The notes beneath the pieces were generated by a model. The model was given only the letters and a program-made list of their open reading frames with translations. It was not told where the DNA came from and searched no databases. A program made the translations under genes and the position numbers. Shown piece by piece: positions 14,069-27,200 of a stretch of 64,000 bases of DNA. The stretch is from the human T2T-CHM13v2.0 reference genome, Homo sapiens: NCBI RefSeq assembly GCF_009914755.1, contig NC_060948.1; one strand, 5' to 3'. Within the stretch, counting starts at the first letter, position 1; each line of letters begins with the position of its first letter.

Positions 14069-15984
14069 GAGTGATTTCTAGTAAATGGCACTGTATCGCC
14101 GCCAGGCTAATACGGCGGTGATGTTCTCGTGGAGAGACACTGTGGGGAGTGATGTGTAGTGTGCGGACTCCGATCTTAGAGGTCGTATGTGGATGCTCTG
14201 GGATTCACTGAACTAAATTTTTGAATGATTCACGACAGAGAGGACTTTGCGGAACACGACTGAGAAATGGGTACTTCAGGAGTGAAAACTGGCCTGAGGA
14301 CAGGAGGGAATTTGGTGTAAGCTGTCCTCTCTGGGAAATCCATGCTGTGTCTGGTAGCGTGGATTTCACGGACTTTGTTCCATTGTGACAGGTATTTGCC
14401 ACTCTGAGGTCGTGGGTCTGGAGTATACCCTGAAACGCTATGGACTGGACTTCTGCCTTAGATAGGTCCCACCTCCAGCCCTAGCCTCCATCCGCACACC
14501 CGTGCCCCCGTGGTCCTCTTTTCTCTCTGGGGGAATGGAAGTTCCAGAAGATCCCATGGGCAGAAACGTAGGCTGTGTCCTCTGTGGGGCTCTGGTCGCT
14601 AGTCGTGGGAATTGCCTGGGAGTTCTCCCTGGGCCCGGAAACGACCTGATGTGAGAGGGATCTGGAAGAGGCCAGTGACTGGGGTGTGCCTCTTCCGCAC
14701 TCCATCCCCAACCTCCACCCTGACACAGAAAGACGCATTATTCGTTTCTTTTCCGTGCCGACTGACACTTGCAAGCATCGGTTGTCTTCGGGCATCACCT
14801 AGCGGCCACTGTTATTGAAAGTCGAGGTGGCACGGAGGGACGTCTGGCCGACTTCACAGAGCCTGGGGCCACTGGCTTCTCTCCCTCTCTTCTGGAGGCC
14901 CGTCACTCTCTCCCTTCTTCCTAGGGAACCTCCGACCTGGCGGGGTCCCTGTTGTTCTTTTCTCAGCATATTATTTTGCTTCACCTGTTGGTTTCTTTAA
15001 TGCTCATAGGCTCTTCCATTTTGGCTTTATGTACGGTCACTTTAATTTTTAAGTCGCCGCCCGGACCCCCAAGCCCTTTTACCTTAATTTAGTGTTAGTT
15101 AGGTGGGTTTTCCCCAACCCCCTCATCTCCTACCACTGTGCTTGGAAACGTTCGAGAGTCACCAGGGTGTGCCTCCCTCTTCTCTCCCCTTCCCCCACCG
15201 CTCGCTGGTGATCTCATTCCCACCAGGCTGACATTTGCATTGGTGGTCGTCAGGCCTCACTCATTGGCCACAGTTTTTAAAGATGGGGGCGGCACTGTCC
15301 CACTTCCCGAGAGGCAGCTTGGGCCGATGGGATAGAGCTTGACCCGTGTGGACAAGCGGACAGGCAGGCGGGACCGACTGCAGTTATGAGTTTTTTCCCC
15401 CATTGTTCCTCAGGCCTCTCTCCCTAGGAAAGTTCCATCCTGGCTGGGTCTTAATCACCTTTTATCAAGATTTTTTTTTTTTTTTTTAATTTTCTCCTCC
15501 CTCAGGCCAGCATATTTTCAAAATGGGAAGGGCGTCACCGCTCTACCCTGGGCCTTATTAGTATGTGCCCAAAATAGAACCGCTTTCTACAAAGCATTTT
15601 GCTGGTTTAAGATTTCCAGAGACAATGCTTTGGCCCTTGTTTGCTTGCTTGTTTTGTTTTGTTTGTGTTTTTTTTCTTTTTCGTATTTATTTATTTTCCG
15701 CTGAAGTAGAATTCACCAATTTTTAGGAAGATGTATATTTTCCCAAGGACATATTAGCCGCTGTTTTCTTCTGTTGTTAACTAGCACTTTTGTGAATCTC
15801 TCAACGTATAGTGAGAGCCAGTTGATGTAAACTATAGTTCATAACATCTTACTTTCTAAAAATCTGCAAGTGAGTGTTGCTGCTGCCGCTGTTCTTTTTG
15901 ATGTTCTTGTTTTCAATCATATTCTGGCCACTGTTTATGGCATCAGAGCATTATACAATACATGTAATTATTTCTTGAGTACCC

Positions 15985-16390
15985 CATTCCTCTTCCTCTC
16001 TCTCTCCCTCTCTGTCTCTGTCTCTCTCTCTGTCTCTCTCACTCTGTCTCTTTCCTTGTCTATCTTTCTCTCCATCTATCTCTCCGTCTCTCTCTGTTTC
16101 TGTCTCTCTCTTCCTGTCTCTGTTTCTCTCAGTCTGTCTCTCTGTCCTCTGTCATTCTTTCTTTATCCATGTCTCTCTCTCTGTCTCTCTTTCTGTCTGT
16201 GTCTCTCTCTGTCAGTCTCTTTCCCTGTCTGTCCATCTGTCTCTCTCTTTCTTTCTCTATGTCTTTCCTTTTTCTCTTTCCTTTCTTTGTGTCTCTGTCT
16301 CTCTCTGTCTGTCTCTGTCTGCCTCTCTCACTTTCTCTCTCTCTCTGTAACTTTCTTTCTCTGTCCTATTCTTCCCTCCCTGTCTTTTTT
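15985..16390. repeat. (CT)n/(CTGT)n degenerate pyrimidine-rich simple repeat typical of rDNA IGS
   Basis: About 400 bp of TCTCTCTGTC-type units. Confidence 0.92.
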
Positions 16391-17699
16391 CTACTATAGG
16401 CTCGGGTAGATCTAATCTATTACCAAGGCTGAATTATTAACTGTAGAACTCCCAGATCTGATTTCCATACAGAAAACTACAGAACTGGAGAGTTCATTTC
16501 TGGGCTTGGATATCTCATGGATATTACACACTAATAAAAAGGCAACCTTAAAATCTGGGTTTGCTTTTCCCTTGCCTCGGCTGTGACCCAGACTTACTGT
16601 CTCAATAAATCGTACCTCTGTTCACCTAGGATGCTAGGAGGGTTTTCTCAATCTGTATCCCCTGTGTCCTAAACAACTCGTGACCAAGCTCTGTCCATTC
16701 TTTCTAAAATATATATCTCCAAATACTTCTCTCAATTTCCAGAAGTCCCACGGCCCCTTGTGGAACCACTGGCTCTTTGGAAAACCTCCCAGAAGTGGTT
16801 TCAGCTTCTCGGATAGGAGGTGTAAGCCTGCTGAGAACTTTCCTTCCCAGGATTCTGTGTGAACAAAAGTGCCTCTGCTGGGAACTGTGATCCTGGAGAC
16901 CATGCTTGCTAGTGCTGAATGATTCTCTGGAAGGATGCATGGGACTCCACAAAGCTGACCACCCCCAAATAGGTCAAATACATACCTCTACATTGGCCTG
17001 CTGCCTCCACCATACATCCCTCTCACTGTCACCATCGGCATCCTTGTGAGCTTGCCCAAGGCACCCACTCCAGGGAAACCCCTGGGAGGGCGGCCTTCCT
17101 CTGCTTAAGTCCAACGTGATGGCAAACTCCACTTACATCATCTCCACTGCACTGTGAAGATGTGGAGAGTAGGGTAGAGAGGACAGCAGGAGGTGAGACG
17201 TCCTGGCAGGTGATGAGTTCCCTAGACTTTGACCAACCCAACCACGTCCCATGTCTCCAGCACATGCCGGACACCGCCATTCTCTCCCCTCCTCTGTCCA
17301 CAGTACCCCCCACCAGCATACACGCTGGAGGTTACAAAACCACACGGTATGAGTAGAGCCTGACACGCTCCTTATGTGAGTGTCTGGATCATCGTTCATC
17401 TGCGGCTGCATGCTAGGAAACAGATTCTCCCATTTTTATTGAATGGAGCGAGAGCCCATTTCAGGAGGAGTTCTGCAGAGAGCCTAATTATCCCGCATGC
17501 GTGGCTACAGGCTAGAAGTGCATATCGCTTCTTAAGTGCAGGGGATTCCTTAGGCTGTCAGGTTTGTGTGACTACCTCTCAAACCCTTCCTTGAGGCCAT
17601 AAAATATTTTCAACCCCACCCCACAACATTTCCCTGCGTGCTCAATATATCCTGTCAATAGACCTGGGCATGACGCTTTGAGTTAAACACATTCATTGG

Positions 17700-17980
17700 C
17701 TTTGTTTGTTTGTTTGTTTCTGAGATGGAGTCTCACTCTGTCCCCCAGGCTGGAGTTACAGTGGCTCCGCCTTTCAGGTTCAAGTGATTCTCCTGCCTCA
17801 GCCTCCTGAGTAGCTAGGATTACAGGCATGCACCACCACACCCAACTAATTTTTGTAATTTTAGTAGAGATGGGGTTTCACCATGTTGGCTAGGCGGGTC
17901 TCACAATCCTGACCTCGTGATCTGCCTGCCTTAGCCTCCCAAAGTGCTGGGATGACAGGCATGAGCCACAGTCCATGGCC
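17700..17980 (-). mobile_element. Alu (AluS-like) with (TTTG)n tail
   Basis: Antisense Alu with a small internal deletion near 17765. Confidence 0.88.
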
Positions 17981-18548
17981 ACCTTCATTGGTTTTAAATG
18001 GAGATTCAAGATTCAAGCCACACCTCATTCTATGCCACAGAATGAGTTCTTTATCATACCGACTCCGGAAAGGCCGGCCCCTTGTCATCCATTTCCAACA
18101 AAGAGTCACCTCATGTTTGGAAAATGGATCCACTTTCAAGTTCAGTAGATGCATGTGGCATGTAGGACGAGGGATTGTTCCTTCTGACTTGGTCTGCACA
18201 GTGGAGCCTAGGGCTAGAACTCAGTGAGGACCGATGGCTCCTTCTACCCTGGATTCCATCGACCCCACCCTGGAACACAGGCCTTGGCAGATCCTGGCCC
18301 TTCCTGGCCCTTAAGACACTGTCAGAAACATTGCTCCAAATGACTGTGGCTTGTGCCTCTAACAGAAACATTTGAAATCTATCCTCTAAACGTGGCCACC
18401 TAAAACCACAGAAGTGCAGGACATTCGGCCACCATCCACCTCCCCGCTTTAGGGAAAGAATGCTGAAAGTCTCTTGTTGATTCTCCCTTGATTTGAGTTC
18501 TTTGTGGGCATGTGGTCAAGTTGTAATGAGACCAGATGTATTAAGTCA

Positions 18549-18805
18549 GGCCGGATGCAGTGGGTAACACCTGCAACCTTAGCACTTTGGGAGGCTGAGG
18601 AGGTAGGCATGCTTTAGCGCAGGAGATCGAGTCAAGTCTTGGAAAACACAGCCAAAACCCGAAGTGCATTCCTGTGTGGTCCCAGCTACTCAGGAGGCCA
18701 AAGTGGAAGACTCACTTAAGCCTGGGGAGGTTGGTGCTGCAGTCAGCCATAATGGTGTCACTGCACTGCAGCCTGGGTGACAGAGTGAGACTCTGTCACA
18801 AACAG
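18549..18805 (+). mobile_element. Old Alu (AluJ-like), internally deleted
   Basis: GGCCGGATGCAGTGG...GCACTTTGGGAGGCTGAGG...GCAGCCTGGGTGACAGAGTGAGACTCTGTC. Confidence 0.8.
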
Positions 18806-18879
18806 ACAGTCGGACGGAGACCAGCTGTATTATGTTCTTCTCAGGGTAGGAAGCAAAAATAAGATAATACAGCATTTAA

Positions 18880-19075
18880 GTTTTTATTTTAAATTTTAAT
18901 CTATTTATTTATTAATTTTGAGTCAAGGTTATGAAACCAGCTATTTTTGTATTTTTCTACAGAGGAGGTTTCATCGTATTGCTAAGGCTGTTCTGGATTG
19001 CCTGGGATCAAGGGATCCATGTGCCCTCAGGATCCCAAAGTGCAGGGATGACAGGCATGAACCAGTTCCCCTGAA
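18880..19075 (-). mobile_element. Degenerate Alu left-arm fragment
   Basis: TTTTTGTATTTTTCTACAGAG...CCCAAAGTGCAGGGATGACAGGCATGA. Confidence 0.65.
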
Positions 19076-19749
19076 CACACTGTTTTGTTTGTTTGTTTGT
19101 TTTGTTTTGTTTTTTCCCTTTTTCAATCACTTGTCTTCATGAGAGTTTCACCGCAGAGTGTTTGGCTGGCTTGTTTAAATTCAATCTAAATAGAAATTGA
19201 AGATATCAGCATCTGGTGTTTTGGACTCTGAGGTGACAATCCCCTTGGGCTGTCTATCATAGGACCGTACACATAATGAGTAAAAACAGTAACATTTACA
19301 ATAGGTAATTTTGTTTTACAGAAATACACGGTTGCACCCAAATGATTCTTTTAAAAATTGTCTTAGCCTTGGTGGGTGTGCCAGTGATTCTTTTAGTTTG
19401 GACCTTGACTGAGAATTTCCAGTTGGTCTCTCATTTCTGATTGGAAATTCCAGATGATCTGATGGTTAGGGACTTAAGCTATGTCTTCCAGGGACACTGG
19501 CTGATTTGTTGTGGGGACCACCTAGGAGATTACTGCTATTGGATATCACCTAGCAGACACTTACTCTGAAAACTGAGGCCTCAAGGAGGAGGGCCGCTCA
19601 GGCTGCCTGCACACAGCCTGAGGCAACTATGTCTTCTTCATTGCCCCTGGCATGCCCCCACTTCCAAGTTCCTCCCTCCATTGTTGCCTAGCAATTTGCC
19701 ACACTGACGACTGGGACTGATTGTTCTTTATTCACATATAAAAAATATA

Positions 19750-20734
<985 letters not shown>

Positions 20735-21768
20735 TATCGTGGGATATTCGGTTTTTCACTACAGGCGGCAATGGGCTCCGAAATGTTCCCTCATAGATTC
20801 TACAATAAGAGTGTTTCCAACCTGCTGAATCAACAGAAAAGTTTAACTCTGTGATATGAATCCATGCATCACAAAGCCGTTTCCCAGATACTTTGTTTAT
20901 ATTTTTTATCATGGGAAATTCTGTTTTTCCCTATAGGCCTTGATGGGCTCTGGAATGTCCCATTGTAGATACTACCAGAAGAATTTTTCAAACGTACTGA
21001 ATCAAAGGAAAGGTTTACCTCTGTGAGATGAATCCACACATTGTTAAGTGCTTTCACAGACAGCTTGTTTCTTGTTTTTATTGCGGGATACTCAGTTTTT
21101 CCCTATAGGCTCTAATGGGCTCCAAAATGTCCCTTCATGGATTCTACAAAGAAATAGTGTTTCCAACCTGCTGAATCAAAAGGAAGGCTTACCTCTGTGA
21201 GATGAATGGACACTTCATAAAACAATTTCGCAGATACCTTGTTTCTAGTTACTGTCATGGAATATTCGATTTTTCATTATAAGCCTCAATGGTTACCAAA
21301 ATGTCCCCTTCATAGATTCTAAAAAAGATGTGTTTCCAACCTGCTGAATCAAAAGAAAAGTTCAACTCTGTGAAATAAATCCATACATCCCAAAGATGCT
21401 TCACAGATAGCTTGTATCTGTTTTTTATCTCCAGATATTCAGTTTTTTCACAATAGGCCTTAATGGGCTCTGAAATGTCCCATTATATATTCTACAAAAA
21501 GGGTGTTTCCAGTGTGCTAAATCTAAAGAAAGGTTTATCTCTGTTAAATGAATCCACATATCACAATGAGGCTTCACAGGTAGATTGTTTCTCATTTTTA
21601 TTGAGGGATATTCATTTTTTTTCAATAGACTTCATGGGCTCTAAAATGTCCTTTCTTAGGCTCTACTAAAAGAGGTTTCCAACCTGCTGAATCAAAAGAA
21701 AGGTCCATCTCTGTGAGATGAATGCACACATCACACAAAGGTTTCACAGATAGCTTGTTTCTAGATTC

Positions 21769-22049
21769 TTTTTTGAGACGTAGTTTTGCTCTTATTGACT
21801 AGGTTAAAGTGTAATGGTGCGATCTCTGCTCACTGAAACCTTCACCTACAGGAGGTTTAAGCAATTCTCCTGCCTCAGCCTCCCGAATAGCTGGGATTAG
21901 AAATATGCACCACAATGCCCAGAGCAATTTGTATCTTTAGCAGAGACAAGCTTTCTTCATGTTGGTCAGGCTGGTCTCAAATTCCAGACCTCAGGTGAGT
22001 TACCCTCATAAAGTGCTGGGATTACAGGTTTTAGCCACAGTACCTGCCC
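21769..22049 (-). mobile_element. Alu (AluS-like) inserted in alpha satellite
   Basis: Antisense Alu flanked by CTTG(T/C)TTCTAG duplication. Confidence 0.9.
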
Positions 22050-22476
22050 TTGCTTCTAGTTTTTATTGTGAGATATTCAGTTTTTCATAATAGGTCTCAG
22101 TGGGTTTCAATATGTCCCTTCAGAGATTCTACTTAAAGGGTTTTTCCAACCTGTGGAATCAAGAGAGAAGTTTAACTCTGTGATATCAATCCAAATATGA
22201 TATAGGTATTTCACAGATAGCTTGATCTAGTTTTCATAGCAGGATATTCAGTTTTTCACTGTAGGTCTTAATTGGCTCTGAGATGTCCCTTTGCAGATTC
22301 TACAAAAAGAGTGTTTTGAACTGGCTGAATCAAAAGAAAGGCTTAACTGTGTGACATGAATCATACATGTCACACATCATAAAGCGGTTTCACAGATATC
22401 TGCTTGCTAGTCTTTATTGTGGGATATTCAATTTTTCACTGTAGGCTTCAATGGGCTCCAAAATGTCTCTTAGTAG

Positions 22477-22780
<304 letters not shown>

Positions 22781-24290
22781 TGTCCCTTAATAGATTGTAA
22801 AAAAAGGAGGGTTTCCAACCTGCTGAATCAAAGAAAGGCTTAACTCTGTTAGATGAACTCACACAATGCCAAGTGGTTTCCCAGATAAGTTGTTTCTAGT
22901 TTTTATCACGTGATATTCTGTTTTTCACTATATTCCTTGATGGGCCCAGAAATGTCCTTTGTACATTCCACAAGAGGAGTGCTTGCAGAATCAAAATAAA
23001 TTTTTAACTCCATAACGTGAATCCACACATAGCAAAGCAGTTTTAGAGACACCTTGTTTCCAGTTTTTATCATTTAGTTTTTCACTATATGCCTCAATGG
23101 GCTCCAAAATGTCCCATTGTAGATTCTAGAAAGAGAGTGTTTCCAACATGTTGAATCAAAAGTAAGTTTTAACTCTGTGCAATAATAGCATACAACATAA
23201 AACAATTCAACAGAAAGTTTGTTTCATGTTTTTGTCACAGAATATTTGTTTTTTCACTATAGGCCTCACTGGGAATTGAAATGCCCCTTTGCAGATTCTA
23301 CACAATGAGGGTTTCCAACCAGACGAATCAAAAGAAAGCTTTAACTCTGTGAGCTGAATCTACACACCACAAAGTGGTTTCACAGATAGCTTCTTTCTAG
23401 TTTTTATTGTGGGATATTCGGTTTTTCACTGTAGGCCTTATGGGCTCCAATATTTTCTTTCAAAGATTCTGCGAAAAGATTTTTTCCACCCAGCTGAATC
23501 AGAAGAAAGTTCAACTCCATGAGCCAAATACACACACACAAGGCAGTTTCACAAATGACTTCTTTGTAGTTTGTACCACAGGATATTCGGTGTTTCACTA
23601 TAGGCCTCATAAAGCTCTGAAATGTCCGTTCATAAATTCCATACATAGAGTGGTTTCAACCTGCTGAAGCAAAATAAATGTTTATCTCAGTGAAATGAAT
23701 CTGCACATCGCAAAGTGGTTTTACAGTTGGATTCTTTCTAGTTTTTTTCGAAGGATATTCCATTTTTCTCTATAGGCCTCAATGGGATACGAAATGTCCC
23801 TTTGTAGATTCTTCAAAAAGAGGGTTTCCAATATGCTGAATCAAAGGAAAGTTTTAGCTCTTTAAAATGAATTGACACATCAGAAAGCAGAGAGCTTCTT
23901 TCTAGTTTTTATCGTGGGATATCTCAATATAGGCATCAGTGGGCTCTGAAATGTTCCTTAGAAGATTCTAGAAAAAGAGTCTTTTCCACCTGCTGAATCA
24001 AAAGAAAAGTTTAATTTTTTGAAGCCACCCCTTCCAAAGTGGTTTAACAGATAATAACTTTCTAGTTTTCATTGCAGTATATTCGGTTTTTTAATATAGG
24101 CCTTAGTGGGCTGCAAAATGGCTCTCATAGGCTCTGGAAAAAGAATGTTACCAAGCTGCTGAATCAAAAGCAGGATTTCACTCTTGGAGATGAACTCACA
24201 GATTGCAAAGCAGTTTCACAGATAGCTTCTTTCTAGTTTGTATTGTGGGATATTCAGTTTTTCACTAGAGGCCTTACTGCACCTTGAAAT

Positions 24291-27200
24291 ATGTCTTGGC
24301 AGATTCTATGAAAAGAGTGTTTACAAACTGCTGATTCAAAAGAAAGGTTTAACTCTCTGAGCTGAAACCACACATTACAAAGCAGTTTCACAGATAGTTA
24401 TTTTTTCTAGTTTTTATAGCATGATATTCAGTTTTTCACTGTAAGTGTCAAGGCCCTCCGAAATGTCCCTTTGGAGACTGTACAAAACAAGTGTTTCAAA
24501 AACTGCTGAACGAAAAGTAAGGTTTAATTCTGTGAGCAGAATACACACGTCACAAAGCATTATCACAGATAGCTTCTTTCTAGGTTTTATGGTGGGATAT
24601 TAGATTTTTTACTATAGGCCTCAGAGAGGTGTGAAATATCCCTTCACAGATTCTACAAAAAAAGGAGTTTCTAACCTGCTGAATCAAAAGATAAGTTTAA
24701 CTTTGTCAGCTGAACCCACATCTCACAAAGCGGATTCACACATAGTATCTTTCCCATTATTATGGCTGGACATTTGAGGTTTTACTATAAGTTTCAGTGG
24801 GCTGAGAAATGTCCCATTGCAGATTCTACAAAAATAGTGTTCCAACCTGCTGAAACAAAAGAAAGGTTTAATTATGTGAGCTGAATCCACAAATCACAAA
24901 ACAATTTCAGATACTTCTTTCTAGTTTTTGTGACTGAATATTGGGTTTTGCACAATAAGCCTCAGTGGGCTTCAAATTTTCCCTTCACAGATTCTACAAA
25001 CCAAATGTTTCAAACATGGTTAATTAAAAAGTAAGTTTAAACTCTGAGCTGAATAGAGAAATAGGAAAGCAGTTTGACAGAGAGCTTCTTTCTCTTTTTT
25101 ATTGCTGGAAATTTTTTTCTCATTGTAAGTCTCACTGTACTCAAAATGTCCCTTCACAGATTCTACAAAAAAGAGAACTTGCAAACTGCTGATTCAAAAG
25201 TAAAGCTTAACTCTGTGAGCTGTTTGCACATATGACAAAGCATTTTCACAGATAGCTTCTTTCTAATTTTTATCTATTAAAATTCCATGTTTCACTATAG
25301 GCCTTACTGTGCCAGGAAATGTCCCTTTGCAGATTCTACAAAAAGAGTGTTTCCAAACTGCTGAATCAGAAGAAACGTTTGAATCTGTGAGATGAATCCA
25401 CACATCACAAAGCAGTTTCACATATAGTTTCTTTCTAGTCTTTAATCAAGAAATATTCGGTTTTTCACTATAGGTCAAAATGATCTCTGAAATGTAGCTT
25501 CATGGATCCTACAAAAGAGTGTTTTCAAACTCCCAAATCAAAAGAAAGTTTTAACCCTGTGAGCTGAATGCCCACATCACAAGGCAGTTTCACAGATGTT
25601 TCTTGCTAGTTTTTATCAAGGGATATTCTGTTTTTCACTGTGGGTCTTAATGACCTTCAAAATGATGCTTTGCCAATTCTACAAAAACAGTCTTTCCAAT
25701 CTGCTTAATCAAAAGAAAGGTTTCATCCTGCAAGATGAAACCACACATCACAAAGCAGTTCTACAGATACCTTTTTTCCAGTTTTTATTGTGGGATATTC
25801 TGATTTTCACTGTAGACCTCACTGTGTTCCAAAATGTCCCTTTGTAGATTCTTCAGACTGTTTCCAAATAGCTGAATAAAAGTAAGGTTAGCACTGTAAG
25901 CTGAATACACACAGAGCAAAGAAGCTTCACAGATAGCTTCTTTCTAGTTTTTATTACAGGATAATTAGTTTTTCCCTAGAGAACTCAGTTAACTTTGTAC
26001 TGTCTCTTTACAGATTCTACAAAAAGAGTTTCCATCCTATGGAATCAAAAAAAGCTGAATCAAAAGAAAGCTGAATGGACTCATCACAAAGCAGTTTCAC
26101 AGATAGATTTTTGTAGATTTATCATGGGATATGCATTTTTTTCACCATAGGCCTCACTGAACTGCAAAATCTCCCTTTGCTGATTGTACAAAAAGTGTGT
26201 TTCCAAACTTCTTAGTAAAAGAAAAGTTTAAATCTGTGAGCTGAATGTACACACCATAAAGCAGTTTCCCAGATAGCTTTTTTCTAGTTTTTATCACAGG
26301 ATATTAGGTTATTCAATAAAGACCTCAGGGGCTTCTGAAACGTTTCTTCACATATTCTACATAAAGAGTGCTTCAAAACTATTGAATCAAATAAAAAAGC
26401 TTAAGTGTGTGAGGTGAATCCACAAATCACAAAGCAGTTTCACAGATAGCTTCTTTCTAAATTGTATTGTGAGATATTTGACATTTACTATAGGTCTCAG
26501 TGAGGTGTGATATGTCCCTTGGTTGATTCCACAAAAAACTGTTTCTAGCCTACTGAATCAAAGACAGGTTTAACTTTGTCAGCTGAATTCACAACTCAAA
26601 AAGCAAATTCACAGACAGTATCTTTCCCATTTTTATGGCTTGATATTCTGTGTTTCACTATAGGCCTCAGCGGGCTGAGAAAATTCCTTAATAGATTCTA
26701 CAAAAATAGTGTTTACAACATGCCTAATCAAAAGAAAGGTTTCAGTCTCTGAGCTGAATCCACACATCACAAATCAGTTTTCTATATAGCTTCTTTCTAG
26801 TCTTTATCAAAGGATATTCAGTTTTTCACTATAGGCCTCAATGCCTTTTGAAATGTTCTGACACACAATCTACAAAAAGAACGTTTCCAAACTGCTGAAT
26901 CAAAAGTAAGGCTTAACTCTGTAAGCTGAATGCATACATCACAAAACAGTTTCACAAACAGCTTCTTTCTAGTTTTTATTTCAAGATATTCAGTTTTTCA
27001 CTACAGGCCTCAGTGGGCTCAGAAATGTCCCTTCACAGATTCTACAAAAAGAGTGTTTCCAAACTGCTGAATCCAAAGTAAGGTTTAACTCTGTGAAGTG
27101 CATACAGACGTCACAAAACAGGTTCACAGCTAGCTCCTTTCTTGTTTTTATTTCAGGATATTTTGTTTTTCACTTAAGCCCTCAGTGCCCTTTAAATTCT

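Larger units (their letters stand above)
11735..19745 (+). other. Diverged, non-NOR copy of rDNA intergenic spacer (IGS); may extend left into the Alu cluster to ~9.2 kb
   Basis: Matches to human IGS as I remember it: GAGGCGAGG..CATC..TTGGAAGCC..AAAGCCCCATTC (11736); CACCTCCTTGACCTGAG.CAGGGGG (12486); CCTTCCACGA...TGTATGATTTTGGGAGGTAGAG (13491-13596, resembles the H23/H27 qPCR amplicon ends); GGGCATCACCTAGCGGCCACTGTTATTGAAAGTCGAGG (14790); CT-rich block; AAGCCTGCTGAGAACTTTCCT.CCCAGGAT (16824). No 18S/5.8S/28S sequence seen. Confidence 0.82.

Noticed and set aside
15870-16409. 179-aa Ser/Leu-rich ORF
   Set aside because: Read-through of a (CT)n simple repeat
11735-19745. Functional rRNA gene or Pol I promoter
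   Set aside because: Only spacer-like sequence; no recognisable 18S/5.8S/28S, ETS start or Sal-box cluster
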